Assembly (NCBI GenBank): GCA_028534125.1
Contig: CM052817.1
Location: 43,960,001-44,024,000 of the forward strand
DNA from: Lama glama
Lineage: Eukaryota
DNA length: 64,000 bases
Reading direction: 5' to 3'
Position 1 is the first letter of the stretch, and every line of letters begins with the position of its first letter. Shown piece after piece: positions 25,801 through 37,853 of this stretch. The notes beneath the pieces were generated by a model. That model searched no databases. It saw only the letters and a program-made list of their open reading frames with translations, and was not told the origin of the DNA. The translations under genes were made by a program, and so were the position numbers.

Positions 25801-27659
25801 ATTTTTTTTTTAAGGGTGGCAGTGCTGAAGAATTGGTAGTAGGAAAAAAGAGTTCCAGGAACTGGTGGAAGCAATAAAAATGGTTTAAGTCACCTGCCAT
25901 CCATGGGTTTGTGCTGGTTAACATGCTGCACCTACAGCAGAGCTATCACCTTGCGTTGATTTGTTACTACTAGGAACACGTAAAAATGTTTTTTAAACAG
26001 CAGTTCTCTTTTTATATTTTTAAGATTATGTGTGCAGGCAAAAATGATGAAAATACATCAAAATGGTTACTAGTTTTTAATTCATTTTTATATCCTATTT
26101 CTTTTCCACTTAACATTATAACTTAAGCATTTCTCTAGGTTAATAAATATATTTTGAAACCACAGAATATTATAAAGTCATTCAAAATGTTTTGGTATAC
26201 TAGCCTAGGGCTGAATTTTGTATTTAATGACTATATAAATTGCTTCTAATATTTTGCTGAAATATTATATATTGTAATACAGAGTATTATGTATTATATA
26301 ATTATATAATATAACACAGAGTATACAAATATTATTTGTTCAGTGATATATCACTGAAACCAACATAAATGTACTAGAATTTTACCTTTTCAATATCAAA
26401 ACTTACTTTGCCAACACTTAGAATGAGTGAAAAATTGCCAGTGAGTGTTAAGATATTATGTGGCTCAGGCCTCGCCCCAGATGAGACCTGGGTTTCTAAT
26501 TCACCTCCACCATCACAGGGAGCCGGGGGTTAAACGCCTAGCAGATGGTGCTGCCGCTCTTGATGCTGCTGACTGAGCGTCCCAGGAATTTAAAGACTTA
26601 CTTAAACAGGGTTAATACATGGAAGACAGCTGGTCTGCGACAGAATGAGAGGTCAGGAGGTTGGTCACATTTCCCTGAACATGGAGGACACACCAGGCAG
26701 GATAAGGGAAAGCCTTTTAGGGAGAGGAAAAAAGCAGAAGCGTTCTATTTAAGGGAGCAACTGAATGAGAGGGTAGATGGTGCTATGGTAGAGCAGAGCA
26801 CCACCAAGTATGGAGGGAGGGGGATGGGGAAGTGAAGGAAGACGGAGACAGGCATGGTGGAACGCTGCCCCACAGCCTCCACGCTTGAGATGAGGGGAGA
26901 GACCATCCCTCCAGCCCATTTTCCAAGTCCAAAGTTTATGGTTCTGTATTTTCACCAGTATGTGGATGTGAGTTAGGAGAGCTTTGATCTTGCCAGGCTA
27001 TTAGAAATTTAATGTGTCTAATTCGCTCTGTAAGAGGACATAGTGGGATGTTATCAAGTTGGAAGAAGCTATTGATGTCTTGCAATTAAAATCTCATCAA
27101 AGACAGTGGGTGACAGCTCTTGCAGTCCAAATTCTGCAAATACCTTGAGGGTCTATTCTTTGTGGAAGCACTGTGATAGATACTACAGGGGTTTAAAAAT
27201 GAAGAAAAAGTAAGATGGTCTCGGCTTTTGGGTAGCTTACTATGTAATACAAGGGTGGTGGACGGAGGAATTAGGCAGATGTGCTGGTGACTATAATACT
27301 AAGGTGACTAAGAAAACTGGTGCAAAGAAGTGGTAAGTAGTTCAGAAGCAGGAGAGATAAGGATCAGCGAGGAAGACTGAATTTTTGTGAAGGATGTGGG
27401 AAAACATTAACAAAGATGTAGATGTAGGAGGCTATTATAAATGAAGGAATCACAAAGAAAGGCATCAGAGACTGTTTCCACCCAACTCCACCTCCTGCCC
27501 CCACCACACCTCCTGCCCCCACCACACATGGGGACATATACTTCGTCTTAAAGTGCTCTGAGGTTTCTTTATGTAATAAATCAATCGATCCTCAACTTCC
27601 GTTTCTGGCATTAGTGTTTCAAAATATATTTTGAATATCTGAAGACTCAGTTTGTAGAT

Positions 27660-27870
27660 GGCCTACAGACTGATACAGGGAAAGACCATGGGCTTTAATG
27701 CTAGACAGAGTTGTGTTCAAATTTCAGTTCACTTCCTAGTTCTGTGACCTTGAATAAGTTACTCAATCTCGCTGAGCAGTGTTATTATCTATAAAAATGA
27801 AGAACATAAGCATGGACTTTGCCAAGTTGTCCTAATAATTAAACAGGAAAACGTGTTAATCCACTTGCTT
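27660..27870 (+). mobile_element. MIR SINE
   Basis: gttcaaat...ctagttctgtgaccttgaataagttactcaatctcgctgagc...tctataaaaatg. Confidence 0.75.
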
Positions 27871-28347
27871 GCGAAGGGCTAGTATTCTGCTTTCCCTGCC
27901 TTCACTTCTGTAAGTGACCAAGTCTGTGTGTGCTCCCTGCCTCCTTGTTCACACTAGAGGGCGACATCATCCCATTCTTATCTCAAAGGCTTCCAAGAGA
28001 GTGAGTCTTCTATGCAGACAGGATTTTTCTAAATGCCTGAGCAAAGGAGGAAGCAGAAACTCTGTGCTCCAGGAAATGAATATGGCAGTAAGAGATAAAC
28101 TGTGGAAGGACTTTGGAGCAGCTGCAGTGTCCTGTGTGGGCAACAGCTGCGTATGAAGACATCACCAGAAGGCATCGTTCCAGCATCTATTTCTGCCAGC
28201 TGGGTTGGGAGGACCTCTGGTGCTACTGGAGCAACAGACCTTTAGACTGGGCATCTAAATGACCTGCTTGGTTACTACTAGAAAACCACTGGGCTTGTCT
28301 GGTATCTCTAAAAAGCTGCTGGAATTTGTTTGCTAGAGAGTCAGAAC

Positions 28348-28853
28348 TATGTTGACCATGTGTTCTAGTTTGCCTGGGACAGTCCTAGTTTATGCCTGGG
28401 ATAATTTTTTTAAATTGAAGTATAGTTGATTTACAATGTTGTGTTAGTTTCTGGTGTATAGCATAGTTATTCATTTATACATATATATTCTTTTTCATTA
28501 TACGCCATTACAGGGAGTTGAATATAGTTCCCTGTGCTATACAGTAGGACCTTGTTGTTCATCTATTTTATATATAGTAGTATCTACAAATCCTAAACTC
28601 CCAATTTATCCCTTCCCACCCCCTACCCCTTACCCCCGGTAACCATAAGTTTGTTCTCTATGTCTGTGAGTCTGTCTCTGTTTCGTAAATAAGTTCGTTT
28701 GTGTCCCTTTTTTTTTAGATTCCACATATAAGTGATGGCGTATGATATTTTTCTTTCTCTTTCTGGCTTACTTCACTTAGTATGATGATCTCATAACAGT
28801 GCCCCTTTTACTCTCAGTGCTCTGGTTTGGAGGATAAGTTACATGGCCACCCT
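28348..28853. mobile_element. MER94-like hAT-Blackjack MITE interrupted by an L1 3' fragment
   Basis: Left half gaccatgtgttctagtttgcctgggacagtcc and right half gccccttttactctca...acatggccacccta join into a MER94-like sequence around the L1. Confidence 0.6.
28405..28792 (-). mobile_element. 5'-truncated cetartiodactyl/camelid L1 3' end
   Basis: T-tract then attgaagtatagttgatttacaatgttgtgttagtttctggtgtatagc...gaatatagttccctgtgctatacagtagg. Confidence 0.85.
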
Positions 28854-28937
28854 ACTCAGAATATCAGGAGGGGTACTTACTGACAATGTGGATCTGATCC
28901 AGCAAGGGTCCTCGGGTCTGGTTAAGACCATGCATGG

Positions 28938-29211
28938 GCAGTGTGGGGACTCTGCCCACTCCCACAAGACACATGAAGAAGAGGAAGGTATGACCTCGAG
29001 GCTTCCAATGGACTGGCTCCATGAAGCAGTGACCTTTGAAGATGTTACCCTGGGTTTTACCCAGAGGAGTGGGAAATGCTGGGCCTGGAACAGAAGTCCC
29101 TGTACAGGGAGATGATGCTGGAGAACTACAGGAACCTGGTCTCAGTGGGTGAGGATGGCCTCTGTGTCAATGAAGATGTGCACTTTGCAGGAAAAAAAAG
29201 AAAGAAAAAAG
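28938..29211 (+). pseudogene. Truncated retrocopy of a ZNF274-like KRAB-ZNF transcript (5' exon plus KRAB-A, frameshifted)
   Basis: Translates [52 protein letters not shown], close to the recalled ZNF274 N-terminus [53 protein letters not shown]. There is a 1-nt deletion at ~29061, an A-rich tail at 29192-29216, and TSDs aagaccatgcatgg (28924-28937) / aaaaacatgcatgg (29212-29225). Confidence 0.85.
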
Positions 29212-29425
29212 AAAAACATGCATGGTGTTTAGAGTCAGAAAGTGACAGATGTATCTGGGTTAAAATCCCTGCTTTGTCTGTGTGTCATTGGCAAATTATT
29301 TAACCTTTCTAAGCTTCAATTTCCTGATGTATAGATTAGAGATAAAAACAGAACATACATGCATTGTACCTTTTAATCCTCCTAATTAAAGTGCTTATGA
29401 CATGTAGCAATACATAGTAGCTACC
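29212..29425 (+). mobile_element. MIR SINE (host of the KRAB retrocopy; 5' part at ~28918-28937)
   Basis: ggttaagaccatg|...agagtcaga...ctgggttaaaatcc...tgtgtcattggcaaattatttaacctttctaagcttcaatttcct. Confidence 0.65.
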
Positions 29426-30349
29426 CTTGTTATTTTTTAAATTCCCTTTAAGATTCAGGTTATCTAAATTCTCTGAATTCAAGGGGGATTTAAGCTACAC
29501 TGGCTGAAGAGGTGAAGAAATTGAGGACCAAAGTAAAATGAATTGCTCAAGGTCACAAGACAATTACTGAGTTGCTCAAGATGAGAGCCAGATAAGCACC
29601 AGTTTCTCAGAACTCCCTGCCTGGTGCACCAGGCTGGTTGCTGTTTCCACAGAGACTGTTCAGTATTAAAGATGTGACCTACTCTCTGTGTCCTTCAGCT
29701 TTAGCAAATACTGGACATAAAATTATTCTGGAGCTAAGAGGACAGTTGACATTTGACAACTCTGCTTCATTTAAAAAGCTGTTATTGCAAAATGGTCAAA
29801 CATATGAAAAGAATAGAGAATCTTGTAATGAACCACCAGGGTATGTGCTCTGTCAAATCTTAACATTATGCTGTACCTGCTCAAGTCCTTTTTTCAAGAC
29901 ATTAAATGCCATAAACATAACTAAGACTTCTGTGCACTTCTCCTTTATGAAGCCTCTTCTCTTTTTTATTACATAGTGTTATTTAACAGATTTTAAACCT
30001 TAAGTGGTATTATATGTATATCTCTGCAAACTTTTTTGTTTTGCTTAATATGTTTTCGGGATTTATCTATGTTCATAAATACTATATAGCATGCCATTAT
30101 ATGAGTATTCTACAATTCATTATCCATTTTCCTCTTTACAGTCGTTTTGGCTGGTTCCCAATTTTCACCTACATGAGACCTTCTGTAGGGGTTATAGACA
30201 GAAGTGGACTTGCATGGTCTTAGGGTATGAGTATCTTAGGCTTTACTCAATGTTGCCAAATTTTGCCCTTTATTACCAAAAGTTTCCCAAAGTGATTGTT
30301 TCAATTTCCATTGTATTAAAGAAAATTTTCCCTGGTGAAAATCTATTTA

Positions 30350-30649
30350 CAGGCATACCTCAGAGGTAATTCAAGTTTGGTTCCAGACCACCACAATAAA
30401 GTAAATATCACAATAATGCAAGGCACACAAATTTGTTGGTTTCCCAGTACATATAATATACACACCTTAATTTAAAAATACTTTATTTCTAAAAAATGCT
30501 AACCATCATCTGACAATGCAGGGTTGCCACTAACCCTCAACTTGTAAACAAAAACAAAAACAAAACCCCCAAACCAAAAAGCTATTAAAAAAAAATGCAA
30601 TACCTGCAAAGTGCAGTAAAGCAAAGCACAATAAAATGTGATGTGCATG
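30350..30649 (-). mobile_element. Internally deleted Tigger1-type DNA transposon
   Basis: TA-caggcatacctc...ggttccagaccaccacaataaag...gcacaataaaatgtgatgtgcatg-TA. Both Tigger1 termini and the TA TSD are present. Confidence 0.8.
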
Positions 30650-31634
30650 TATTTATTTATTTTAAAATCATAGTTATCCCAGCAACCAAGGAACAGAACA
30701 ATTATGCTAGTTGTAAAGCAAATGTATTTCTAAGAGGTGAGGGAATGAATATTTATTGGTTGTCTACTATGGGTCAGGCCCTATGCCAGGTGAATTATAT
30801 TTGTTCCTTCAAATGCTTTTCAGTTAATTCCATTCCTATTGATCACCAAGTCCTCTTAATTCTCCCTTAAAAACATCTCTTAAATTCATCCCTTCCACAG
30901 TTTCTTTAAGATGGTTTTGCAGAAGTGCAGAGGATACCAGCTGAACTGTATACCAACTTTGCCCTGGCCAGTCCATCCTTTGCAGTTGTCAGAATTCTGT
31001 TTCTAAAACCACAAATGGGATCTTGTCACTCACCTCTGTGGAAACTTTTTAGAGAGTTTTCCATTCTCTAGAGGATAAACTTCCAACTTTTGAATGAGGT
31101 CTGATTTTTAAGGCCTTGCATCACATTGGACCTTTCCGACCTCACCACCTTCCTACCCACTCAGCCTTAATTCTCCAGCCGCCCTAGATGGACTACTGCC
31201 CCAGATAAGCCAGGCACTTTCCCAGCTGGGGAGAAGCATGTGCAAAACCATGGAAGTTTCGATGTTTTTTCCACCACCCTCATTTCAGGCAGAGTCACCA
31301 TAAAACACAGCCTTGAGTGACTCATTCCCTGGAGTAGGCTGGGGAGGAGTGTTGAGTAGGGCTTGCTTCAGAAAGGAAGGATTAGTTGAATGACTCAGCT
31401 CTGTGTCATGGGCAGGGAGACCATGTAACATAACTCAACCTATATATAACATATAACTTAACTGAGACACTTTTTTTAAAATTGTGATAAAAAAACATAA
31501 AATTTACTCTTAACCATTTTAAAATGTACAGTGCAATAGTATTAATTCTACACAAAACTGAAACTCTATACCCACTGAACACAAACTCCCCTTTTCCCCT
31601 TCTCCCCAGTCCCTGGCCACCACCATTCTATTTT

Positions 31635-31638
<4 letters not shown>

Positions 31639-31684
<46 letters not shown>
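31639..31684. repeat. (TA)n microsatellite
   Basis: Continuous TA/AT dinucleotide run. Confidence 0.95.
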
Positions 31685-31693
<9 letters not shown>

Positions 31694-34136
31694 TACATAT
31701 AAAAGTATATAGAAGAATATATAGAAGAAGATATATAGAGAGAGAAATAGTCAGTTTAAAATGTTGTGTCAGTTTCTGGTGTACAGCACAATACTTCAGT
31801 CATATAGGAACATACATATATTTGTTTTCATATTCTTTTTCACCATAGGTTACTACAAGATATTGAATATAGTTCCCTGTGCTATACAGTATAAACTCAT
31901 TGTTTATCTATATTATGTACATTAGTTAGTATCTGCAAGAACTCCCAATTTGTCGCTTCCCATCCCCTTCCCTCCCAGTAACCATAAGTTTGTTTTCTAT
32001 GTCTGTGAGCCTATTTCTGTTTTGTAAATAAGTTCGTTTGTCTTTTTTTTTTTTTTTTTTAGATTCCACATATAAGTGATATCATATGATATTTTTCTTT
32101 CTCTTTCTGGCTTACTTCACTTAGAATGACAATCTCCAGGTCCATCTATGTTGCTGCAAATGGCATTATTTTACTCTTTTTATGGCTGAGTAGTATTCCA
32201 TTGTATAAATATGCCACAACTTCTTTATCCAGTCACCTGTCGGTGAACATTTAGGTTGTTTCCCTGTCTTGGCTATTGTAAATAGTGCTGCTATGAGCAT
32301 TGGGGTGCATGTGTCTTTTTGAATTAAGGTTCCCTCTGGATATATATCCAGGAGTGGGATTGTTGGGTCATATGGTTAATTTATTTTTAGTTTTTTGAGG
32401 AATCTCCATACTGTTCTCCATAGTGGCTGCACCAAACTACATTCCCACCAACAGGGTAGGAGGGTTCCCTTTTCTCCACACCATCTCCAGCATTTATCAT
32501 TTGTTCACATCTTTTAAATCAGGTTGTCTGTTTTTGTTTGTTTGTTTTTTGTTTTTGGTATTGAGTTGTATGAGCTGCTTATATATTTTGAATATTAATC
32601 CCTTATCAGCCATATCATTAGCAAGTATTTTCTCCCATTCAGTAGGTTGTCTTTTTGTTTTGTTGATGGTTTCCTTTGTTGTGCCAAAGCATTGAAGTTT
32701 AGTTAAGTCCCCATTTATTTATTATTGCTTTTGTTTCCTTTGCTTTAGGAGACAGGTCCAAAAAAGTATTGCTGTGATTTATGTCAAAGAGTGTTCTGCC
32801 TATGTTTTCTTTTAGGATTTTTGTAGTTTCTGGTCGTACACTTGGGCTTTAATTTATTTTGATTTTATTTTTGTATATGGTGTGAGAAAATGTTCTAATT
32901 TTATTCTTTGGCATGTAGCTCTCTAGTTTTCCCAGCACCACTTATTGAAGAGACTGTCTTTTCTCCACTGTATATTCTTGATTCCTTTGTCATAGGTTAG
33001 TTGGCCATAGGTGCATGAGTTTATATCTGGGCTCTCTGTTCTTTTCCATTGATCTATGCGTCTGTTTTTGTGCTAGTACCATACTGCTTTGATTACTGTA
33101 GATTCATAGTATAGTTTGAGTGAGGGAGCATGTTACCTTCAGCTATGTTCTTTTTTTTGCCAAGGTTGCTTTGGCAATTCAGGATCTTTTGTAATTTAAT
33201 ATAAATTTCAGGATTATTTGTTCTAGTTCTATGAAAAATATCATGGGTATTTTGGTAGTGATTGCATTAAATCTGTAGATTGCTTTGGGTAGTAAACATT
33301 TTAACAATATTAATTCTTCCAATCCATGAACATGAGATATCTTTCCATTTATTTGTATCATCTTCAGTTTTCTTCAGCAACGTCTAATAGTTTTCAGAGT
33401 ATAGGTCTTTCACTTCTTTGGTTAAGTTTATTCCTAGGTATTTTATTCTCCTTGATTCAAATGTAAATGGGATTGTCTTCTTGTATTCTCTTTCTGATAG
33501 CTCATTATTAGCATATAGAAAAGCAACAGATTTCTGTATATTAATCTTGTATCCTGTGACTTTACTGAATTTATTAGTTCTAAAAGTTTTGTGGTGACAT
33601 TTTAGGGCTTTTTTATATATACTATCCTCTCATCTGCAAATAGTGACAGTTTTACTTCCCTTCCAATTTAGATACCCTTCTTTTTTTCCCCCCTTATCTG
33701 ATTGCTGTGGCTAGGACTGCCAATACTATGTTAAATAGAAATGGCAAGAGTGGGCATCCCTGTCTTGTTCCTGATTTTAGAGGAAAGGCTTTCAGCTTTT
33801 TACCTTTGAGTATGATGTTAGCTGTAGGTTTATCATAAAAGGCCTTTGTTATGTTGAGATATGTTCCCTCTATACCAACTTTGATGAGAGTTTTTTAAAA
33901 TTATACATGGATTTTGAATTTTGTCAAATGATTTTTCTGCATCTATTGAGATGATCATGTAATTTTTACCCTTCTTTTGTTAATGTGGTATATCAGATTA
34001 ATTTGAGGGTATTGAACGATCCTCACATCTCTGGAATAAATCACCCTTGATCATGATGTATGATCCTAATTTGGTTTGCTAATATTTTGTTGAGGATTTT
34101 TGCATCTGTATTCATCAAAGATATTGGCCTGTAGTT

Positions 34137-34176
34137 TTCTTTCTTTCTTTCTTCTTTCCTTCCTTCTTTTCTTTTC

Positions 34177-34216
<40 letters not shown>

Positions 34217-34218
34217 TC
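34137..34218. repeat. (TTTC)n-rich microsatellite within L1
   Basis: Repeated ttct/tttc units. Confidence 0.9.
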
Positions 34219-35609
34219 CCTTTGTTTTTGGTATCAGGGTGATGGTGGCTTCATAGAATGACTGTGGGAGTGTTCCCTCCTTTTCAATCTTTTGGAAAAG
34301 TTTGAGAAGGATCTGTATAAGTTCTTTTTTTTCTCTCTCTCTCTTTTTGCTTCTGACTCAACAGTTTCAAATGACTTGTCTTTGAATTCACTGATCTTTC
34401 TTCTGCTTGATCAAATCTGCTTTTGAAAGCCTGTAGTGAATTTTCAATCCAGTTATTGTATTCTTCAGCTCCAGACTTTCTCTTTGGTTCTTTTCTATTG
34501 TTGATATTCTGTGTTGATATTCTGATTTTTGTTCATGTATCATTTTCTGATTTTTTAGTTGTCTGTGTTATCTTACAACTGATTGAACTTCTTTAAGATG
34601 GTTATTTTAAATTTTTTGTCAGGTAATTTATTGATTTCCATTTCTGAGAGTCAGTTTCTGGAGCTTTATTTGGTTAATTGATTGTATGAAGTTTCCCTGT
34701 TGCTTCATATGCTTTATATCTTGCTGGGATTTGGACATTTGAAAGAACAACCACCCACCCATTCTTTACAGACTGCTTTTGTTCAGGGGAAGACCTTCAC
34801 CAATCAGTCTGGCTAGAGATTCTGGAGGTCTCTCAAACTTTTTCTGGGGATGTGTTTTCTCTGGCTTTATACATGTAATTTCCCAGGTAGAGAGATTTGC
34901 CTGTTTCTTTTTCTGGAGCTTATAATATCTTGCTCCCTCTGATGTCTTTCTGAACTAAAGGCTGTCTTGTGCAGCAACAAGCCACAGAGCTCTCCTTTAT
35001 TTTCAGTGGCTTGTCAGTTCCCCAAATACATTCCAAGTCAGGCTAGACAGAAGCTAGTCCACGGTAGCTTCTGAAAAGCTGGGATATTGGATGGAAATGC
35101 TGCACTTTCCCTCCTGAGAGAGGAGCCATGAGCTGGGTAGTTTCTCATGATCAGGCAGCTGAGGTGTGCTACCTTGAGGGAAGAGTTGTCTTGGGTGAAA
35201 AACAATGACTTTTTCCACTCACTTCAAGACAGCTGTTCTTGCCTTGCATTTCTAGGGATTACTGTGTTCTCAGAAAGGTTTTCGCACTATATATTGTTGT
35301 TAAGTTGGTGTTTCTTGGGGGGAATGAGTTTTGGGACTTTTTAGTCTGTCATCTGTTCATGTCACTCCTTAATTGGAACAATTTTGAGAGTGAACTTAAT
35401 TTATATATAACATAATAACTATTGAGACACCTTCGAGAGGGGATGGTTAAAATAACTAAAATTATAGAATTTTTTGGAATTTAGTAACTATGTAACATAT
35501 TGGTTTTGTTATATTGGTAGGCCTGTAAAATAGTCCTATTTTGAAATACTTTCAATAAAAATACTATATACTTATGTGTATTAAACTAAAATATAGTAAC
35601 TATAAAAAG

Positions 35610-35965
35610 CAAGTAAATTTACCTTGGATGTTGAAATTTTAAACTGAATTGACAATAGCATTCACAATTGTGAGAGCTATTTCACCTTTATTGTAATGAA
35701 CTTCCAAACTTAATTCTCTGCAGTGGAAGAAAACAATGACGTAAAACTGACATAATTGAATATTTCCGCTCTTGGAGCCAACACACTGATAGTTCTCACT
35801 TCACTTTTGCACATGCGAAGAACATTTAGAATTGAAAATGAGCAAAATAATTTATAAGTTTGCCCCAAATGAAAACTAATGATTCACCTGGAGATATGTA
35901 AATACTAACTTCTGAGGCTGCATATGTTAAATCATCATCTTTGGGCACAGTTTTTTATATAACAA
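35610..35965 (-). mobile_element. hAT-Blackjack transposase pseudogene fragment
   Basis: Minus-strand translation with frameshifts gives KTVPKDDDLTYAASE...FACAKVK*E...VLAP...LEVHYNKGEIALTIVNAIVNSV*NFNIQGKFTC, which resembles recalled Blackjack-type hAT transposase motifs. Confidence 0.55.
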
Positions 35966-35999
35966 TGACTAACTTTTTTTTAGAAAAAATCACATTGTC

Positions 36000-36545
36000 T
36001 TTTTTTTTTTAAATAATCATCTTGTTGAAGTGTTATTCATGTACTTCATAAAAAGGTATGCAGATTATAAGTGCAGAGCTCAGTGAACACTTTGGATCAA
36101 GAAATAGGACATTAGAAGCACCCATTCTCCCACTGTAATACACCCTTCCTTTGCAAGCATAATTGTTATTTGACACCTAGCACCATCATTTAGCGTTACC
36201 TACTTTTGAACTTCATATAAATGGTATCATTATGCTCTTTTAAAATTCTGGCTCCTTTCCTTCAGTATATAATTTGTGAAATTCATTTATATTGCATATA
36301 GCAGGAGTTTTTCTCCTTTCTTTGCTTCAAAGTATTCTTTTATGTGAATGCCATAATTTATTCAGCCATTCTAAATTTCTACTATTTCTTTTCAGTTTTG
36401 GCTATTATGGAAAATGCCATAGTGAACACTGTTGTGCCTTTTGGGGTGCTTATGTTCTCATTTTTGTTGGGTATATACCTAGAAGTAGAATTGCTGTGTC
36501 ATAGTGTAAGCATATGTTAGGCTCTAACAGATACTACAAAACAGA
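36000..36545 (-). mobile_element. Old L1M (L1MC/ME) 3' end
   Basis: gaacttcatataaatggtatcat...gggtatatacctagaagtagaattgctg. Confidence 0.7.
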
Positions 36546-37739
36546 TGCTTTGCATCTGGATTGCTCAGGCTCTATTTCCTGCACACATTTCACATGTATT
36601 TCATCTGTAATTTTCCAAATTTCCTGTCTGGAAGCCCAGTAGCTTCAGACATCTCACAGACTGGGGCATGGATCACTGCATAAGTAGCTTAACACACCAA
36701 ATGACCATTGAAAGCAGAAGTGTGGAGTATTTCCATCCTCTCACTTCTCTGTGGGGAAGGCATAAGCGTGATTAGTTCCCCTTGAAGCTCAAGAAGTGGG
36801 GAGTGGTGGGCAAGAGAATTGCTGGTAATTAGGAAGGCATCTGGAGACTGAAATTTCCTTTCCTGGTTGAATGTACTCTCTACCACTAGACTTGTTGAGC
36901 TGTTTCTGCTTGAAAGGGGAAAGATCAAAAAAGAGGTCTGAGAAGACACACTGTATAGTAATGTCAGGCCAGGTAGGAAATTTGTGTTTCCAGATAGGTA
37001 CAGAAAATAAATCTTGCCCATTCCCATACACTCCAGAATTGGGACTAGAGGGCAAAGTTGGAGTGGCAGGCTTGCTGTTCCAGTGTGGGGCAAAGGGGCA
37101 GGAATATCAAAGGAATATAGAAGGAGGCCATCAGCTGGAAGATACGACTGAATCTCCCAAGGGACCACCAAACCTAGGCGAGTTACTTGGGATTAAATTC
37201 CTCATCAGTGAAGCACTGGTTGTCCACACCATGTCTACGTGCAGCAAGCTTGATCCGTGGAGATGACCAAGAGAAAGGGAATATCAGCATTGCCTGGTCA
37301 GTCCCATTACCAGGTGTCTTTTCCTCTCATCCCTCTGGGGTTGGGCTCAGAAGGAGGGAAACTTCAAAGAAGGAGGGGTGTGATGTGAAAGAGCCAATCA
37401 CACTCCATTCATACCTGCCTAAGCTGTCAGTCAGGTTGCAAGATTGGAAAGGGGAGCCTCTATCAAACAAGTGATTAAAATTAAAAATAAACAGAACTGA
37501 GTCCTAATAACCAAAGACATTCTGTTTTAACAACTGAAAGGGACAGCATATTGTAGAGCAAAACTGAGATGATATTAGGGGTCCTGCTACCCAGTAAAAA
37601 GGAGGATTAACAGAGCAGAATTGAAAACATTTACTAGAAAAATGAAACAGTTCTATGTTTATACCCAAGTTTTTGAGACTGCTCAGTCAAATGAGTCACA
37701 CAGCCTGAGATACAATGCTTGGTTAATGTCATCCTCACC

Positions 37740-37853
37740 AACAGGATAGAGCTTGCATCTGTTTTTGGCCCCCATTACGTTCCTATGCTTAGCATAGGAC
37801 CTGGGACATAGCAAACATTGGTTCAAATATTTGTTGAATGAGTAGCATGAATA
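37740..37853 (+). mobile_element. L2 LINE 3' end
   Basis: gcttagcataggacctgggacatag...tcaaatatttgttgaatgagtagcatgaata. Confidence 0.7.

Larger units (their letters stand above)
31470..35370 (-). mobile_element. Composite LINE-1 block: older L1M 3' end, younger camelid L1 3' end (~31745-32505), ORF2 region, and an L1 5'-region fragment
   Basis: ORF2 remnant [30 protein letters not shown] on the minus strand. Two different 3' UTR types are separated by a (TA)n run. Confidence 0.85.

Noticed and set aside
27489..27524. Perfect 18-bp tandem duplication (also a 22-bp one at 49325-49368)
   Set aside because: Ordinary slippage duplications with no spacers, so not CRISPR-like.
28843..29303. ORFs 28843-29115 and 29076-29303 as a functional KRAB-ZNF gene
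   Set aside because: Frameshift inside KRAB-A, no KRAB-B or zinc-finger exon in the window, and retrocopy hallmarks.
36689..37680. 160-aa and 131-aa overlapping ORFs; possible ancient Gypsy-type LTR
   Set aside because: No recognisable protein similarity. The repeat assignment was too uncertain to list as a feature.
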